DNA of 64,000 nucleotides, from NCBI GenBank assembly GCA_963771275.1, contig CAVYSW010000010.1, positions 608,001 to 672,000 of the forward strand. Direction: 5' to 3'. Position 1 is the first letter of the stretch, and each line of letters starts with the position of its first letter. The stretch comes from an uncultured Gemmatimonadales bacterium. Lineage in GTDB: Bacteria; Gemmatimonadota; Gemmatimonadetes; Gemmatimonadales; GWC2-71-9. The notes beneath the pieces were generated by a model. The model was given only the letters and a program-made list of their open reading frames with translations, was not told where the DNA came from and made no database searches. The translations under genes were made by a program, and so were the position numbers. Below, one piece after another: positions 10,650-20,667 of the stretch.

Positions 10650-10763
10650 GCGATAGCCGATGGCCGATTAGCCGATAGCCGATGGTCATTAGAGCCGACC
10701 GGGGTCAGCTGCAGCGACATTCGCCCTTGGCGATCCGCCCCCGATCGGCTATCGGCCATCGGC
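10650..10763. repeat. GCCGAT(A/G/T) heptamer tandem repeat with an inverted copy
   Basis: cgata-gccgatg-gccgatta-gccgata-gccgatg at 10651-10684; inverted atcggctatcggccatcggc at 10744-10763. Confidence 0.8.
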
Positions 10764-10781
10764 GGTGGGCCGGAGGGGGCG

Positions 10782-12311
10782 TCAGGCTACCAGGTACTTC
10801 TCCGTCACGTCCTTCCCCGCCGGCTGCGACACCAGCCTGAACTCGTCCACCGCTATCACGGGGTCGTCCCGGATCTCGAGGTCGAGCTTCAGCGCCTTGC
10901 GCAGCTCCTTGAGGAAGTTGGGCTCCTGCTCCAGCAGGAACAGTGCGACGTCGGGGTGCATCCGCACCGCGAGCTGCCGCTCCTGGCTGCCGTGCGCCAC
11001 CCGCTTGAGCGTCCGCTCCAGCCGTCCCACCACGACCTCCGGCCGGAACACCCGGCCCGTGCCGTTGCAGCCCGGGCAGACGAGCGTCATCGAGTGCCAC
11101 AGGGACGGACGGACCCGCTGCCGGGTCATCTCGATTAGGCCAAGGTCGGACACCTCGAAGGCCCGCGTCCGGGCGCGATCGCGCCCCAGGTTGGCGCGCA
11201 GCTCGTGGAGCACCTTGTCGCGGTTTGCCTGCGCCTCCATGTCGATGAAGTCGATCACGATGATCCCGCCGATGTCACGCAGCCTGATCTGGCGGGCGAT
11301 CTCCCGCGCGGCGTCGAGGTTGGTGCGGAGGATCGTCTTCTCGGGGTCCTTCTTGCCGGTATAGCGGCCCGTGTTGACGTCGATCGAGACCAGCGCTTCC
11401 GTGGCCTCGATCACCACGTACCCGCCGGTCGGCAGGTCCACCCGCCGCTTGGAGAGGCTCGCGATCTCGCTCTCGATCTCGAACTTGTCGAACAGCGGGG
11501 TCGGCTCGTCGTGCAGCGTGATCCGCTCGAGCAGCTCGGGGTCCACCTGGTCGAGGTAGCGGCGGATCTCGTCGTGCAGCTCCGGCGAATCGACGTACAG
11601 CCGGTCCACCTTCTCGCTGAACAGGTCGCGGATGATGCCGCTGGTGAGCGACGCCTCACGTTGGACCAGCGCCGGGGGCCGCACGAAGGTGGCTTTGCGC
11701 TTGATCTTCTTCCACAGCGCGAGCAGCGACTTCAGCTCGCGCTTGAGGTCGTCCTCGGCGATCCCCTCTGCCACGGTCCGCACGATGATCCCGCCCGAGT
11801 CCTTGGGGAGCATCGCGGCGACCATCTGGCGCAGGCGGGCCCGCTCCTCGCGGTTCTCGATCTTGCGGCTCACGCCCACCTTGGAGGCGTGCGGCATGTA
11901 GACCAAGTACCGGCCCGGCATGGAAATCTGTGTGGTGACCCGGGGACCCTTGGTGCTGATGGGCTCCTTGGTTACCTGGACCAGGATGGTCTCGCCGCGC
12001 TGGACGGCGTCCTGGATGTTGGGGAGCTTGCCGCGCCCATTGCGGCCGCGCCCGTTTTCCTCCTCGTCGATTTCGTCCTCGTCGGGCTCGATCAGATCCG
12101 AGGCGTGGAGAAAGGCGCTCTTTTCGGTGCCGATGTCTACAAATGCGGCCTGGATGCCGGGGAGGACCGCGTCAACCCGTCCCCGGTAGATGTTGCCGAC
12201 AGTCCGGCGCAGCTCCGGCCGGTCCACCAGCAGCTCCACGAGCCGATCGTCCTCCAGGATCGCCACGCGCGTCTCGCGCTGGGTCCCGGAAATCAGTATT
12301 TCGCGCTTCAA
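10782..12311 (-). CDS. Rne/Rng family ribonuclease (RNase G-sized, catalytic domain only)
   Basis: VGNIYRGRV..VLPGIQAAFVDIG S1 domain, IDVNTG, LRDIGGIIVIDFIDM, CPGCNGTG Zn-link; TTG start. Confidence 0.96.
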   Translation of the reverse strand: MKREILISGTQRETRVAILEDDRLVELLVDRPELRRTVGNIYRGRVDAVLPGIQAAFVDIGTEKSAFLHASDLIEPDEDEIDEEENGRGRNGRGKLPNIQDAVQRGETILVQVTKEPISTKGPRVTTQISMPGRYLVYMPHASKVGVSRKIENREERARLRQMVAAMLPKDSGGIIVRTVAEGIAEDDLKRELKSLLALWKKIKRKATFVRPPALVQREASLTSGIIRDLFSEKVDRLYVDSPELHDEIRRYLDQVDPELLERITLHDEPTPLFDKFEIESEIASLSKRRVDLPTGGYVVIEATEALVSIDVNTGRYTGKKDPEKTILRTNLDAAREIARQIRLRDIGGIIVIDFIDMEAQANRDKVLHELRANLGRDRARTRAFEVSDLGLIEMTRQRVRPSLWHSMTLVCPGCNGTGRVFRPEVVVGRLERTLKRVAHGSQERQLAVRMHPDVALFLLEQEPNFLKELRKALKLDLEIRDDPVIAVDEFRLVSQPAGKDVTEKYLVA

Positions 12312-12481
12312 GCAGTTGTTCCTCTGTTACTCTCTGCGGCGCATCAGGCGCGGTTTGAACGCATACCCGCCACCCCTCCGACACGGGCCACCCCGTCCCG
12401 GAGGATGTGGAAACGGGGGGCCACATCATGCCCCCCGCGCCCCTAACGCCGACCAATGGTTCGAAAATGCTGTAGCCCACG
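12312..12481 (-). promoter_or_regulatory. Structured ~170-nt 5' leader of rne/rng (candidate cis-regulatory RNA)
   Basis: Lies between a predicted promoter and the TTG start; hairpin at 12375-12404 and interlocking 7-bp helices at 12404-12437. Confidence 0.55.
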
Positions 12482-12487
12482 GCTGTA

Positions 12488-12516
12488 AGGATAAGCTGGA
12501 TGGTGACTTAGGTCAA
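12488..12516 (-). promoter_or_regulatory. Sigma70-type promoter of rne/rng
   Basis: TTGACC (12516-12511), 17 bp spacer, TATCCT (12493-12488). Confidence 0.7.
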
Positions 12517-12526
12517 TACCGTTCAA

Positions 12527-13750
12527 TCACTCTACGAGATTCCCCAGCAGCTCCCGCGCGATCACGATCCGCTGAATCTCGCTGGTTCCCTCGCCGATCT
12601 CGCAGACCTTGGCGTCCCGCATCATCCGCTCGACCGGGTAATCCGTGGTGTAGCCGTATCCCCCGTGAAGCTGGACGGCCGCCGTGGTAGCGCGCATCGC
12701 GAGCTCGGAGGCGTAGAGCTTCGCCATCGCTGCCTCCTGCTTGTGTGGCTTCCCGTTCTGGTAGAGCCACGCCGCGTGGTAGACCAGGTGCCGGGCGGCC
12801 TGGATGCCGGTGGCCATATCGGCGATCTGGAAATGGACCCCCTGGAACGAGGCGATCGGCCGCTCGAACTGCTTCCGCGAGCTGGTGTACGCCACCGTCT
12901 CGTCCAGCGCACCCTGCGCGATCCCCAGCGCCAGGGCGCCGACGCCGATCCGGCCCGAGTCCAAGGTCTTCAAGAAATTGACGAATCCCTTCCCCTGCTC
13001 CCCCAGCAGGTTCTCCTTCGGCACGATCGCGTCCTCGAGGATCAGCTCGCGGGTGTCGGACGCGCGCCAGCCCATCTTCTCTTCCTTCTTTCCCGAGCGC
13101 ACGCCCGGCAGCTTGGGCAGCTCCGGCACGTGACCGGCACCGGCGGCGCGCGCGGCCTCCAAGTCCACCGTGTCCTTGGTGACGATGAACGAGGTGATGC
13201 CCTGGTTCCGCCGCTTGGGGTGCGGGTCGGTCCGGGCCGTGACCACGAAGATCTCGCCCACGCCGGCGTGGGTGATCAGGGTCTTGGCGCCGTTCAGCAC
13301 GTAGTGATCGCCCTTGTCCTCGGCGAACGTCTTGGTGCCGCCGGCATCCGAGCCGGCTTCCGCCTCGGTGAGCCCGAACCCGCCGAGCACGCGGCCGGAG
13401 GCGAGCAGCGGGACGAACCGCCGCTTCTGGTCGTCGGTGCCGAACTGCATGATCGGCGAGGTGCCCAGCGTGGTGTGCGCCGACACCGTAATCGCGTGGC
13501 TCGCGTCCACGCGCGCCAGCTCCTCGACCACGATGATGTAGGAGATGTAGTCCATCCCCGCGCCACCCAGCTCCGTCGGCCACGGCGCCCCCATGAAGCC
13601 CAACTCACCCATCTGCTTCACGGTGTCCCAGGGGAATCGCTGCTCGCGGTCCAGGTCGCGGGCGATCGGCTTGATCTCGCGCTCCGCAAAGTCCCGCACG
13701 ACTTCGCGGACCTGATGATGATCGTCAGTGAAGTATGGAAGCTCGCTCAT
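12527..13750 (-). CDS. Acyl-CoA dehydrogenase (short/branched-chain type)
   Basis: [48 protein letters not shown]. Confidence 0.95.
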   Translation of the reverse strand: MSELPYFTDDHHQVREVVRDFAEREIKPIARDLDREQRFPWDTVKQMGELGFMGAPWPTELGGAGMDYISYIIVVEELARVDASHAITVSAHTTLGTSPIMQFGTDDQKRRFVPLLASGRVLGGFGLTEAEAGSDAGGTKTFAEDKGDHYVLNGAKTLITHAGVGEIFVVTARTDPHPKRRNQGITSFIVTKDTVDLEAARAAGAGHVPELPKLPGVRSGKKEEKMGWRASDTRELILEDAIVPKENLLGEQGKGFVNFLKTLDSGRIGVGALALGIAQGALDETVAYTSSRKQFERPIASFQGVHFQIADMATGIQAARHLVYHAAWLYQNGKPHKQEAAMAKLYASELAMRATTAAVQLHGGYGYTTDYPVERMMRDAKVCEIGEGTSEIQRIVIARELLGNLVE

Positions 13751-14349
13751 GACGAGAATATAAGAGGCGGGCCACTGGTATGAGGGAGCGGCGAGGGGGA
13801 TGCCATGCCGGGCGCTGATTCACGCAGCGCGATCGGTGGAGCGAGGATCTCGCTCCAGATGATCGCGCGGCGCAGGGCGGCGAGCTCACCGATCGACGCG
13901 CTGGCGTCGGTGGTGACGCGGGCCGCGGCCGTGGTCTTGTAGCGGTCCCGGAACCGCGCGTGACTCTTGGGCCCCGCCTCCTCCAGCGTTTCCAGGGTCT
14001 CGGCACTTCGCTCGATGCCCGCCATCCAGCGCGCCGTCTCGGCCGGCTCCGCGATCTCCTCGAGACTCACCACCTCGACCTCGGTGGGCTCGGGCTCCGG
14101 CGCCGGCCGCTGGCCCCGCTCTGGTTCGACCGTCTGCTCGAGCTGGGCGAGCAGGTCGCGCAGCGCGTCGCCCGGTCGCGACGGAACGGGCCGGGGCGGC
14201 GGCGGGCGCTGCATCCCCGCCTGCCGCGGCCGTGGGGGCGTTGTGGGGCGCAGTCGCTGCGCTCCCGGCGGCGCCTTCTTGCGCCGCCCCAGCAGGCTGA
14301 GGACGACGAACGCGACGAAGACGAGGAGACTGAGGAGGTCGCTATTCAC
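13747..14349 (-). CDS. Hypothetical single-TM protein downstream of floA (YqfB-like position)
   Basis: N-terminal TM helix, Pro-rich linker, [14 protein letters not shown] motif; ATGA overlap with the acyl-CoA dehydrogenase. Confidence 0.7.
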   Translation of the reverse strand: MNSDLLSLLVFVAFVVLSLLGRRKKAPPGAQRLRPTTPPRPRQAGMQRPPPPRPVPSRPGDALRDLLAQLEQTVEPERGQRPAPEPEPTEVEVVSLEEIAEPAETARWMAGIERSAETLETLEEAGPKSHARFRDRYKTTAAARVTTDASASIGELAALRRAIIWSEILAPPIALRESAPGMASPSPLPHTSGPPLIFSS

Positions 14350-14352
14350 GCC

Positions 14353-15351
14353 TCAGCTCTCCTGCTTCTCCTCGGGGGCACCGCCCTTGGCGATCGTCTG
14401 CCGCATGGCGGTGTCGCTCTCGATGTTGCGGTAGCGCTGGTAGTCCATCACGCCGAGGCGTCCGGAGCGGAACGCTTCCGCCATGGCCATCGGGATCTGG
14501 GCTTCGGCCTCCACCACCTTGGCGCGCATCTCCTGGGTCCGGGCCCGCATCTCCTGCTCCTGGGCCACCGCCATGGCGCGGCGCTCCTCGGCCTTGGCCT
14601 GAGCGATCCGCTTGTCGGCCTCGGCCTGATCGGTCTGCAGCTCGGCGCCGATGTTCTTGCCCACGTCTACGTCGGCGATGTCGATCGACAGGATCTCGAA
14701 CGCGGTGCCGCTGTCGAGCCCCTTGGCAAGCACCGTCTTGGAGATGTTGTCCGGGTTTTCCAGCACCGCCTTGTGCGAAATCGAGGAGCCGATGGTCGAG
14801 ACGATGCCTTCACCCACGCGCGCGAGGATGGTCTCCTCGCCCGCGCCGCCCACCAGCCGGTTGATGTTCGCGCGCACCGTCACCCGCGCCAACGCGATCA
14901 GCTGGATGCCGTCCTTGGCCATCGCGGCGACCTTGGGCGTCTGGATCACCTTGGGGTTCACCGAGACCTGCACGGCCTCGAGCACGTCGCGGCCCGCGAG
15001 GTCGATGGCCGTCGCGCGGTTGAACGGCAGCTCGATCCCCGCCTTGTCGGCCGAGATCAGCGCCTTGACCACACGGTCCACGTTCCCACCGGCCAGGTAG
15101 TGGGCCTCGAGCTGATTGATGTCGAGCTTCAAGCCCGCTTTGGTCGCGTTGATCAACGGCCGGACCACGGCGGCCGGGCTCACTTTCCGGAGCCGCATCC
15201 CGATCAGCGTCGTGATGCCGACGTGCACGCCCGCCGCCAAGGCCTCGATCCACAGCCCGATGGGGACGAAATACACGACCATGCTGAAGACGATGAGCGC
15301 TCCGGCGACCACGACCAGCAGCATCAGGGGACCGTACTCGGTAAGCGGCAT
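14353..15351 (-). CDS. floA: Flotillin-like protein FloA (UPF0365)
   Basis: [48 protein letters not shown]. Confidence 0.95.
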   Translation of the reverse strand: MPLTEYGPLMLLVVVAGALIVFSMVVYFVPIGLWIEALAAGVHVGITTLIGMRLRKVSPAAVVRPLINATKAGLKLDINQLEAHYLAGGNVDRVVKALISADKAGIELPFNRATAIDLAGRDVLEAVQVSVNPKVIQTPKVAAMAKDGIQLIALARVTVRANINRLVGGAGEETILARVGEGIVSTIGSSISHKAVLENPDNISKTVLAKGLDSGTAFEILSIDIADVDVGKNIGAELQTDQAEADKRIAQAKAEERRAMAVAQEQEMRARTQEMRAKVVEAEAQIPMAMAEAFRSGRLGVMDYQRYRNIESDTAMRQTIAKGGAPEEKQES

Positions 15352-15377
15352 GGCTGACTCCCGTTGCGAGAACGAAG

Positions 15378-16688
15378 CTAGGCGTCGATCGGCAGCACGA
15401 CCAGGCGATATCCCTCGGCCCGGATCGCGCGGATCCGCTGGCCGCGCGCCACGTAGCCGCCGTCGGAGACCACGTCGAGGCGCTCACCACCAAATCGGGC
15501 GGTGCCCGAGGGGTGCAGATCGGTGAGTGCCACGCCTTCCTGCCCAACCAGCTCGCTCCGGACCGGGGCGGACACGAAGCCCTCGGCGCGGGCGGCCGCC
15601 GTCTTGAGGAAGATGTGACGCCAGCGGTCGCTCGTCGGGAGCTGGCGCACGATCGTGTAGATCGCGGCGACGATGAGTCCCAGCGTGACGGCGACGATCG
15701 CGGAAGCGCGCGCAAAATCCGCCCAGGTGGGCATGCTCCCGATCAGGGCGAGGAAGATCGCGGCGGCGACGCAGGCGATGCTGATGATGCCCGCAATGCC
15801 AAAGCCGGGGAACACGAACACTTCGAGCGCCAGGGCGATGAGCCCGGCGCCGAGCAGGATCACCTCTTCCTTGCCCGCGAGTCCCACGATGAGGTGGGCG
15901 CCGAAGAAGGCGGCGAGCGAGAGGATCCCCACCAGGCCCGCGAGCCCGAAATGCGGCGTCTTGATCTCGATGACCAGCCCCAGCACCCCAATCGAGAGCA
16001 GAATCGGTGCCACGAGCGGGTTGGACAGGAACCGGGCGAGCTTCTCGGCCCAGTTGGGCGTCGGTGTCACGACCGCCGCGCCGCTCAGGCCGAGTTGTGC
16101 CAGCAGGTCATCGAATCCGGACACGGGGATGGCGTACCCCACGCGCGCCGCCTCTGCGGTGGTGAGGGTGAGGAGCTTGCCCTGCTCCACCAGGCCCGGG
16201 ATGCCGATCGTCTCGTCCACCATCGCCTCACCGATCCGCGGATCGAGCCCGCGCCGCTCGGCGAGTGCCCGGAACTGCGCCCGCATCACGCTCTGTGCCT
16301 TCTCGGAGACTTTGGCCCCGCTCTCGTCCACCACGGTGGACGCCCCGATGCTGGCCTCCCGTGTCATGAAGATCGAGTCGGTGGAGACGGAGATGAGGGC
16401 CCCGGCGGAGATGGCGCGCGGATCCACGAACGCGTAGACCGGGATCCGGGCGTTCGTGATGGCGTCTACGATCTGGAGCGCCGCGTCCACCCGGCCACCG
16501 AGCGTATTGACGTCGAGAATCACGGCGCGGGCGCCGGCCGCCTCGGCCTCGCTGATGGCGCGCTTCAAGAACGGGGCGAGGCCGAGCTCGATCACCCCGG
16601 TCACTGGGACGCGGTAGACGATGGGCCGCTGCGCGGCGAGCGGGCCCGCGCAGGCGGCAACGGCGAGAATGGAGACCAGGCGACGCAC
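15378..16688 (-). CDS. nfeD: NfeD family membrane-bound serine protease (ClpP class)
   Basis: Signal peptide; [27 protein letters not shown] bundle, C-terminal OB fold ([14 protein letters not shown]); GGAGG SD before GTG at 16688. Confidence 0.92.
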   Translation of the reverse strand: MRRLVSILAVAACAGPLAAQRPIVYRVPVTGVIELGLAPFLKRAISEAEAAGARAVILDVNTLGGRVDAALQIVDAITNARIPVYAFVDPRAISAGALISVSTDSIFMTREASIGASTVVDESGAKVSEKAQSVMRAQFRALAERRGLDPRIGEAMVDETIGIPGLVEQGKLLTLTTAEAARVGYAIPVSGFDDLLAQLGLSGAAVVTPTPNWAEKLARFLSNPLVAPILLSIGVLGLVIEIKTPHFGLAGLVGILSLAAFFGAHLIVGLAGKEEVILLGAGLIALALEVFVFPGFGIAGIISIACVAAAIFLALIGSMPTWADFARASAIVAVTLGLIVAAIYTIVRQLPTSDRWRHIFLKTAAARAEGFVSAPVRSELVGQEGVALTDLHPSGTARFGGERLDVVSDGGYVARGQRIRAIRAEGYRLVVLPIDA

Positions 16689-16754
16689 GAACCCCTCCGG
16701 AAACGACGTCTCCGGCAAGTTAGGAGCGGGGACGGGTGGGGGGAAGCGCGGGGC

Positions 16755-18530
16755 TCAGTGCGGCACGCTGGCGGTCCGGCGGTTGTCGCGCCGCCAGATG
16801 GGCCATGGGGCATTGGGGTCGAGGGGGACGCTGGCTCTCACCGCCTCGAGGCGTCCGTCGGCCGTGACCAGATACACGGTCCCGCTCGGGCCAACCGCGA
16901 ATGGGGAGTGGATCCGCAGGGGGAACTCGATGGTCTTGAGGATGGCCCCCGTCGCCCGAGAGAGGGTGTGGAGGTAGTAGCCGACGCCGACGTACAGCGT
17001 GCCGTCGGCGAGGATGGCGAGGCGGGGACGGTTGCTGGCTCCAGGGACCGTCTGGGTCCAGTGCACGGAGCCGTCCGGCCCGATCGCCTGGACCTCGCTC
17101 TGGATCCCTGCACCTGTTTCGGTCGCCACGCCCGTGGCGGCGTAGACCGTGGTATCCGCGTCGACCACGACCTCGCTGGGCTCATGCTGGAACGCGACCT
17201 CCCACTTTATGGTGTTGTCTGGCCCAACGGCGACGATGAGCGTTGGCGAGGAGCTGGAGATGTAGGTGCTCAGATAGGTATATCCGCGCGCGTCCGCGGC
17301 GCTCATGTAATGGGCGCGAGGCGCGACCACCGTATCGCCGACCGCGTCCCCGTCTGAGTCGAGATGACGGAGCGTCGCGCCGGCCTGCACGCTAAGGGTT
17401 GAATCCGGGAGAACCGACGGGCCTGCGGCATACCCTCCAGGGAACGTCTGGCGCCACAAGTCGGTCCCGGTGGCGGGGTCGAGGCGCACGACGTCCAGCA
17501 ACGTGTACCCAGCGGAGTTCACCCCGCCGTTGCCGGCGGCATAGAGCCTCCCTGCCGGATCGAGCGCGAAGCGGCCGTGGGGATCGTGCCCGAGGATCTG
17601 GCGCTTCCACAGTTCGGTCCCGGCGGCAGAAAGTCCGTATCCGGTTCCCTCGTGATCGAACACGAACAACGTGCCGTCCGGCGCGAGGGTCAAACCACTG
17701 CTGTGATCCCAGAAGTGCGAGTCCAGATTCGTCTGCCAATGCAACGCACCGTCCGGCCCGAAGACGAACAGGCACGTGGGGCCACAGGGGGAGCTTCCGT
17801 AGAAGCCGACGACGATCGCGCCATCGTCGGCCAGCGCCAGCATCCCGTCGCCGGTGCCTACGCCCATCGGCCGCCACCCCCCACCATCCGCAAGCCACAG
17901 GACGTGCTCGTCCGTGAGCGCCCGGACCGCGACCGTCCTGTCCGTGTGGTGGCCTTGCGGGTCCACCGCCCGCACGGTGACGGGGTGGAGCCCCAGGGGT
18001 GACCCCGGACTCCACGTGATTGTGTCCCCCTCGCCCAGGAGTTGGTTGCCATCCCCGTACCATTCGATCCGCACGACCGACGACTCGGGGTCCACCGCCG
18101 CCGCGATCAGCGGGACCGTGTCGTGCACGTACAGCCGGGTCGGGATCTGCACGGCCACGAACAACGGCGCGCCGTTGAACAGGACTGTCACCGCCGCAGA
18201 TGCCGTGACCGCGCCGCCTTCGCCCAGGTCCGCCCTGGCGATCACGTCGTACGTGCCGGTGTCCGTCAGCACCGCGCGGAGCGTTAGCCCCTCTCCCAAC
18301 GTCCGCCCCCCGCTGGTGGACCACGTGATGGTGTTGGCGAGAGGTATGCCGGAGCGATCCATGAGGATGGCGCGGAGGGTGAGCGAGTCGCCCGCCAGGA
18401 GGGAGTCTCCCTGTTGGGGTGCCAGGACGGTGAGGACGACGTCCTCGGGCTTCAGCGCGTCGCTGCAGGCTGCCAGCGCAGAGATAGCGGCCAGTGCGAA
18501 GCAGCGAGTGGAGAAGCGACTGCTGGACAT
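16755..18530 (-). CDS. Lipoprotein with Ig/PKD-like domains and a PQQ-type beta-propeller
   Basis: GGAGG SD; lipobox LAAC; repeated xDGxxxW units; C-terminal APWPIWRRDNRRT. Confidence 0.8.
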   Translation of the reverse strand: MSSSRFSTRCFALAAISALAACSDALKPEDVVLTVLAPQQGDSLLAGDSLTLRAILMDRSGIPLANTITWSTSGGRTLGEGLTLRAVLTDTGTYDVIARADLGEGGAVTASAAVTVLFNGAPLFVAVQIPTRLYVHDTVPLIAAAVDPESSVVRIEWYGDGNQLLGEGDTITWSPGSPLGLHPVTVRAVDPQGHHTDRTVAVRALTDEHVLWLADGGGWRPMGVGTGDGMLALADDGAIVVGFYGSSPCGPTCLFVFGPDGALHWQTNLDSHFWDHSSGLTLAPDGTLFVFDHEGTGYGLSAAGTELWKRQILGHDPHGRFALDPAGRLYAAGNGGVNSAGYTLLDVVRLDPATGTDLWRQTFPGGYAAGPSVLPDSTLSVQAGATLRHLDSDGDAVGDTVVAPRAHYMSAADARGYTYLSTYISSSSPTLIVAVGPDNTIKWEVAFQHEPSEVVVDADTTVYAATGVATETGAGIQSEVQAIGPDGSVHWTQTVPGASNRPRLAILADGTLYVGVGYYLHTLSRATGAILKTIEFPLRIHSPFAVGPSGTVYLVTADGRLEAVRASVPLDPNAPWPIWRRDNRRTASVPH

Positions 18531-18590
18531 GGCGGGCACCTCCCGGGACGCCGAAGAAGGACGGTCGTCCTTCTCATCGCCCCTTCGATC

Positions 18591-18619
18591 AATATCCCGA
18601 CCAACGGGGCCCTGGTCAA
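18591..18619 (-). promoter_or_regulatory. Candidate promoter of the beta-propeller lipoprotein gene
   Basis: TTGACC (18619-18614), 17 bp spacer, GATATT (18596-18591). Confidence 0.5.
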
Positions 18620-18642
18620 TAACGAAGCTCCCAAATGGGAGC
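18618..18642 (-). terminator. Candidate intrinsic terminator after recQ
   Basis: GCTCCCA/TGGGAGC stem (18627-18642) followed by TTCGTTATT on the minus strand, right after the stop. Confidence 0.55.
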
Positions 18643-18643
18643 G

Positions 18644-19831
18644 CTATCGTCGGGTCATCCCGCACCGGTCGCAGCCCGCGCACGTTCGCATGGTCTCGCC
18701 AAGGTACGCGAGCAGGACGCGCCGCCGGCAGCGCCAGCCGTGCACGTACGTGCGCATCGTCTCGAGGCCGGTGGCGGCGGCGGGCCCGCCACCCGACAGG
18801 CGGCGCATCAGCACCAGGTCGCGCTTGGTCCACAGCAGCTCGCACCGGGCCGGCGCCCCGTCCCGCCCGGCGCGACCGGCCTCCTGGTAGTAGGCTTCCG
18901 GCCGTGACGGGATGCCAAGGTGGAGGACGAGCCGGACGTCCGGCTTGTCGATCCCCATGCCGAACGCGTTGGTCGCCACCATGACGCGGATGCGCCCGTC
19001 GAGGAACCGCCCCAGCAGGGCGCGGCGCGCCTCGGGCGGCAGCGCGGCGTGATAGGGCGCCGCCGCGAACCCGTAGCGCCGCAGGATGGTGGCGACGCCA
19101 TCGGTGCGGTTGCGCGTCGGCACGTATACGATCGCGGTCCCCTGCACCGCCCCGAGCTTCGCCACCGCCAGGCGGACACGCTCGGGCTCGTCGCGGCAGC
19201 CGTGCACCGCGAAGGTGAGGTTGGGGCGGTCGAAACTCTGTTGCACCGAGACGGGTCGTGCGAGGCCGAGCACGCGCACGATGTCCGCGCGCGTCGCGGG
19301 GGTCGCGCTGGCGGTGAGCGCGATCGTGGGCGGGTTACCAAGCGCGGTACGGTGCTGGCCGATCGCCCGGTAGTGCGGCCGGAACTCGTGTCCCCATTCG
19401 GATATGCAGTGCGCCTCGTCCACGGCGAGCAGGCTGACCGGCAGGCGCGCCCCGGCCAGCAGGCGCTCCAGCCGCTCCGGTGCCACGTACAGCAGCTTGA
19501 GCCGGCCCGCCCCGAGCGCCTCGCGCACGGCACTCCGCGTTTCGGGCGTTTGCGTGCTGCTCAGGTACGCCGCAGCGATGCCGCGACGCCGCAGTGCCGC
19601 AACCTGGTCCTGCATCAGCGAAATCAGCGGCGAGATGACGAGCGTGAGACCGGGCAAGAGCAGCGCCGGTACCTGGAAGCAGAGCGATTTCCCGCCGCCG
19701 GTGGGCAGGATCGCCAGACAATCCCGGCCGCCCAACGCCGCGAGCACGACGCGGCGCTGGTGGAAGCGGAAATGGGGGTACCCCCAGATTTCCGTGAGGA
19801 GCTGCTCGGCCTGGTCGAGGAGCGCGGCCAT
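18644..19831 (-). CDS. recQ: RecQ-family ATP-dependent DNA helicase, short form
   Basis: LPTGGGKSLCFQ, VDEAHCISEWGHEFRP, ATNAFGMGIDK, YYQEAGRAGRDG, CRR...CAGCDRC Zn site; ends there. Confidence 0.93.
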   Translation of the reverse strand: MAALLDQAEQLLTEIWGYPHFRFHQRRVVLAALGGRDCLAILPTGGGKSLCFQVPALLLPGLTLVISPLISLMQDQVAALRRRGIAAAYLSSTQTPETRSAVREALGAGRLKLLYVAPERLERLLAGARLPVSLLAVDEAHCISEWGHEFRPHYRAIGQHRTALGNPPTIALTASATPATRADIVRVLGLARPVSVQQSFDRPNLTFAVHGCRDEPERVRLAVAKLGAVQGTAIVYVPTRNRTDGVATILRRYGFAAAPYHAALPPEARRALLGRFLDGRIRVMVATNAFGMGIDKPDVRLVLHLGIPSRPEAYYQEAGRAGRDGAPARCELLWTKRDLVLMRRLSGGGPAAATGLETMRTYVHGWRCRRRVLLAYLGETMRTCAGCDRCGMTRR

Positions 19832-19902
19832 GCGGCACGCTGGTGGACCCGGCGGCCTGAGACCAGCGCGGAATCACGCGGCCAGGTGCGTTCCCGCGCT
19901 GG

Positions 19903-20667
19903 CTACGGCTTCTTCAGGAAGTCCTCGATCGCCTTGCGGAAATCCGGGGTCGTCCGCGCCGCGGCGTTCACGGCGGCCCCGAGCCGGATGCCCTCCTCGA
20001 AGCCCCGCCCATCCAGTTCATAGAGCTGGCGCTTGATCAGCGCCAGGGCCGACGCACTCGCGGAAGCGAGCTGGCTCACGATGCCGGCCGCTTGCTGGTC
20101 GAATTCAGCCGCCGGCAGCACCCGCGACACCAGGCCGATGGCGCCTGCCTCGGCCGCCGTGAGCAGCCGGCCGGTGGTCACCAAATCGAACGCGACCCTC
20201 TCCCCCACGATGCGCCGCAGCATCGCCATCACCATGGCGGGCACGAACCCGCGACGCACCTCCGGGTAGCCGAACTGGGCGTCCGCATGTGCCAGGATCA
20301 GATCGCACGCGGTGGCGAGACCGCAGCCGCCCGCCAGGACGCGGCCGTGTACCAGTGCCACCACCGGCTTGGGCAGCTTCCGCATCCGGACGAACACCTC
20401 GCCGAGCCGGGCCGCGCTGCGGGCGTTCTCCTGGGGTGACCGATCCGCCGATGCGAGCAGCTCCGCGAGGTCCACGCCGGCGCAGAAGTCTTTCCCGGCT
20501 CCCCGCAGAACGACGACCCCCACTTCCTGATCGAGGTCCGCCCGCTCGAGCTGCGTGAGCAACGCTTCCACCATGGCACTGTCGATCGCGTTCCGCTTGT
20601 CAGAGCGGTTGAGCGTGAGCGTGAGGACTCTGCGCTCCAGCGTGACCAGCAGCCGGTCAGCCGACAT
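19903..20667 (-). CDS. Enoyl-CoA hydratase (methylglutaconyl-CoA hydratase-like)
   Basis: LNRSDKRNAI, FCAGVDL, AGGCGLATACD, FGYPEVRRGFVPA. Confidence 0.88.
   Translation of the reverse strand: MSADRLLVTLERRVLTLTLNRSDKRNAIDSAMVEALLTQLERADLDQEVGVVVLRGAGKDFCAGVDLAELLASADRSPQENARSAARLGEVFVRMRKLPKPVVALVHGRVLAGGCGLATACDLILAHADAQFGYPEVRRGFVPAMVMAMLRRIVGERVAFDLVTTGRLLTAAEAGAIGLVSRVLPAAEFDQQAAGIVSQLASASASALALIKRQLYELDGRGFEEGIRLGAAVNAAARTTPDFRKAIEDFLKKP

Noticed and set aside
10650..10763. CRISPR array
   Set aside because: 7-bp units with no spacers, and no cas genes in the window
12330..12490. 6S RNA
   Set aside because: The GAAC...GTTC pairing is reminiscent, but I found no convincing closing stem or central bubble on the transcribed strand; better treated as the rne/rng leader until an Rfam scan is run
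19863..19902. 9-bp inverted repeat between the hydratase gene and recQ
   Set aside because: No U-tract and a large loop; too weak to call a terminator or operator
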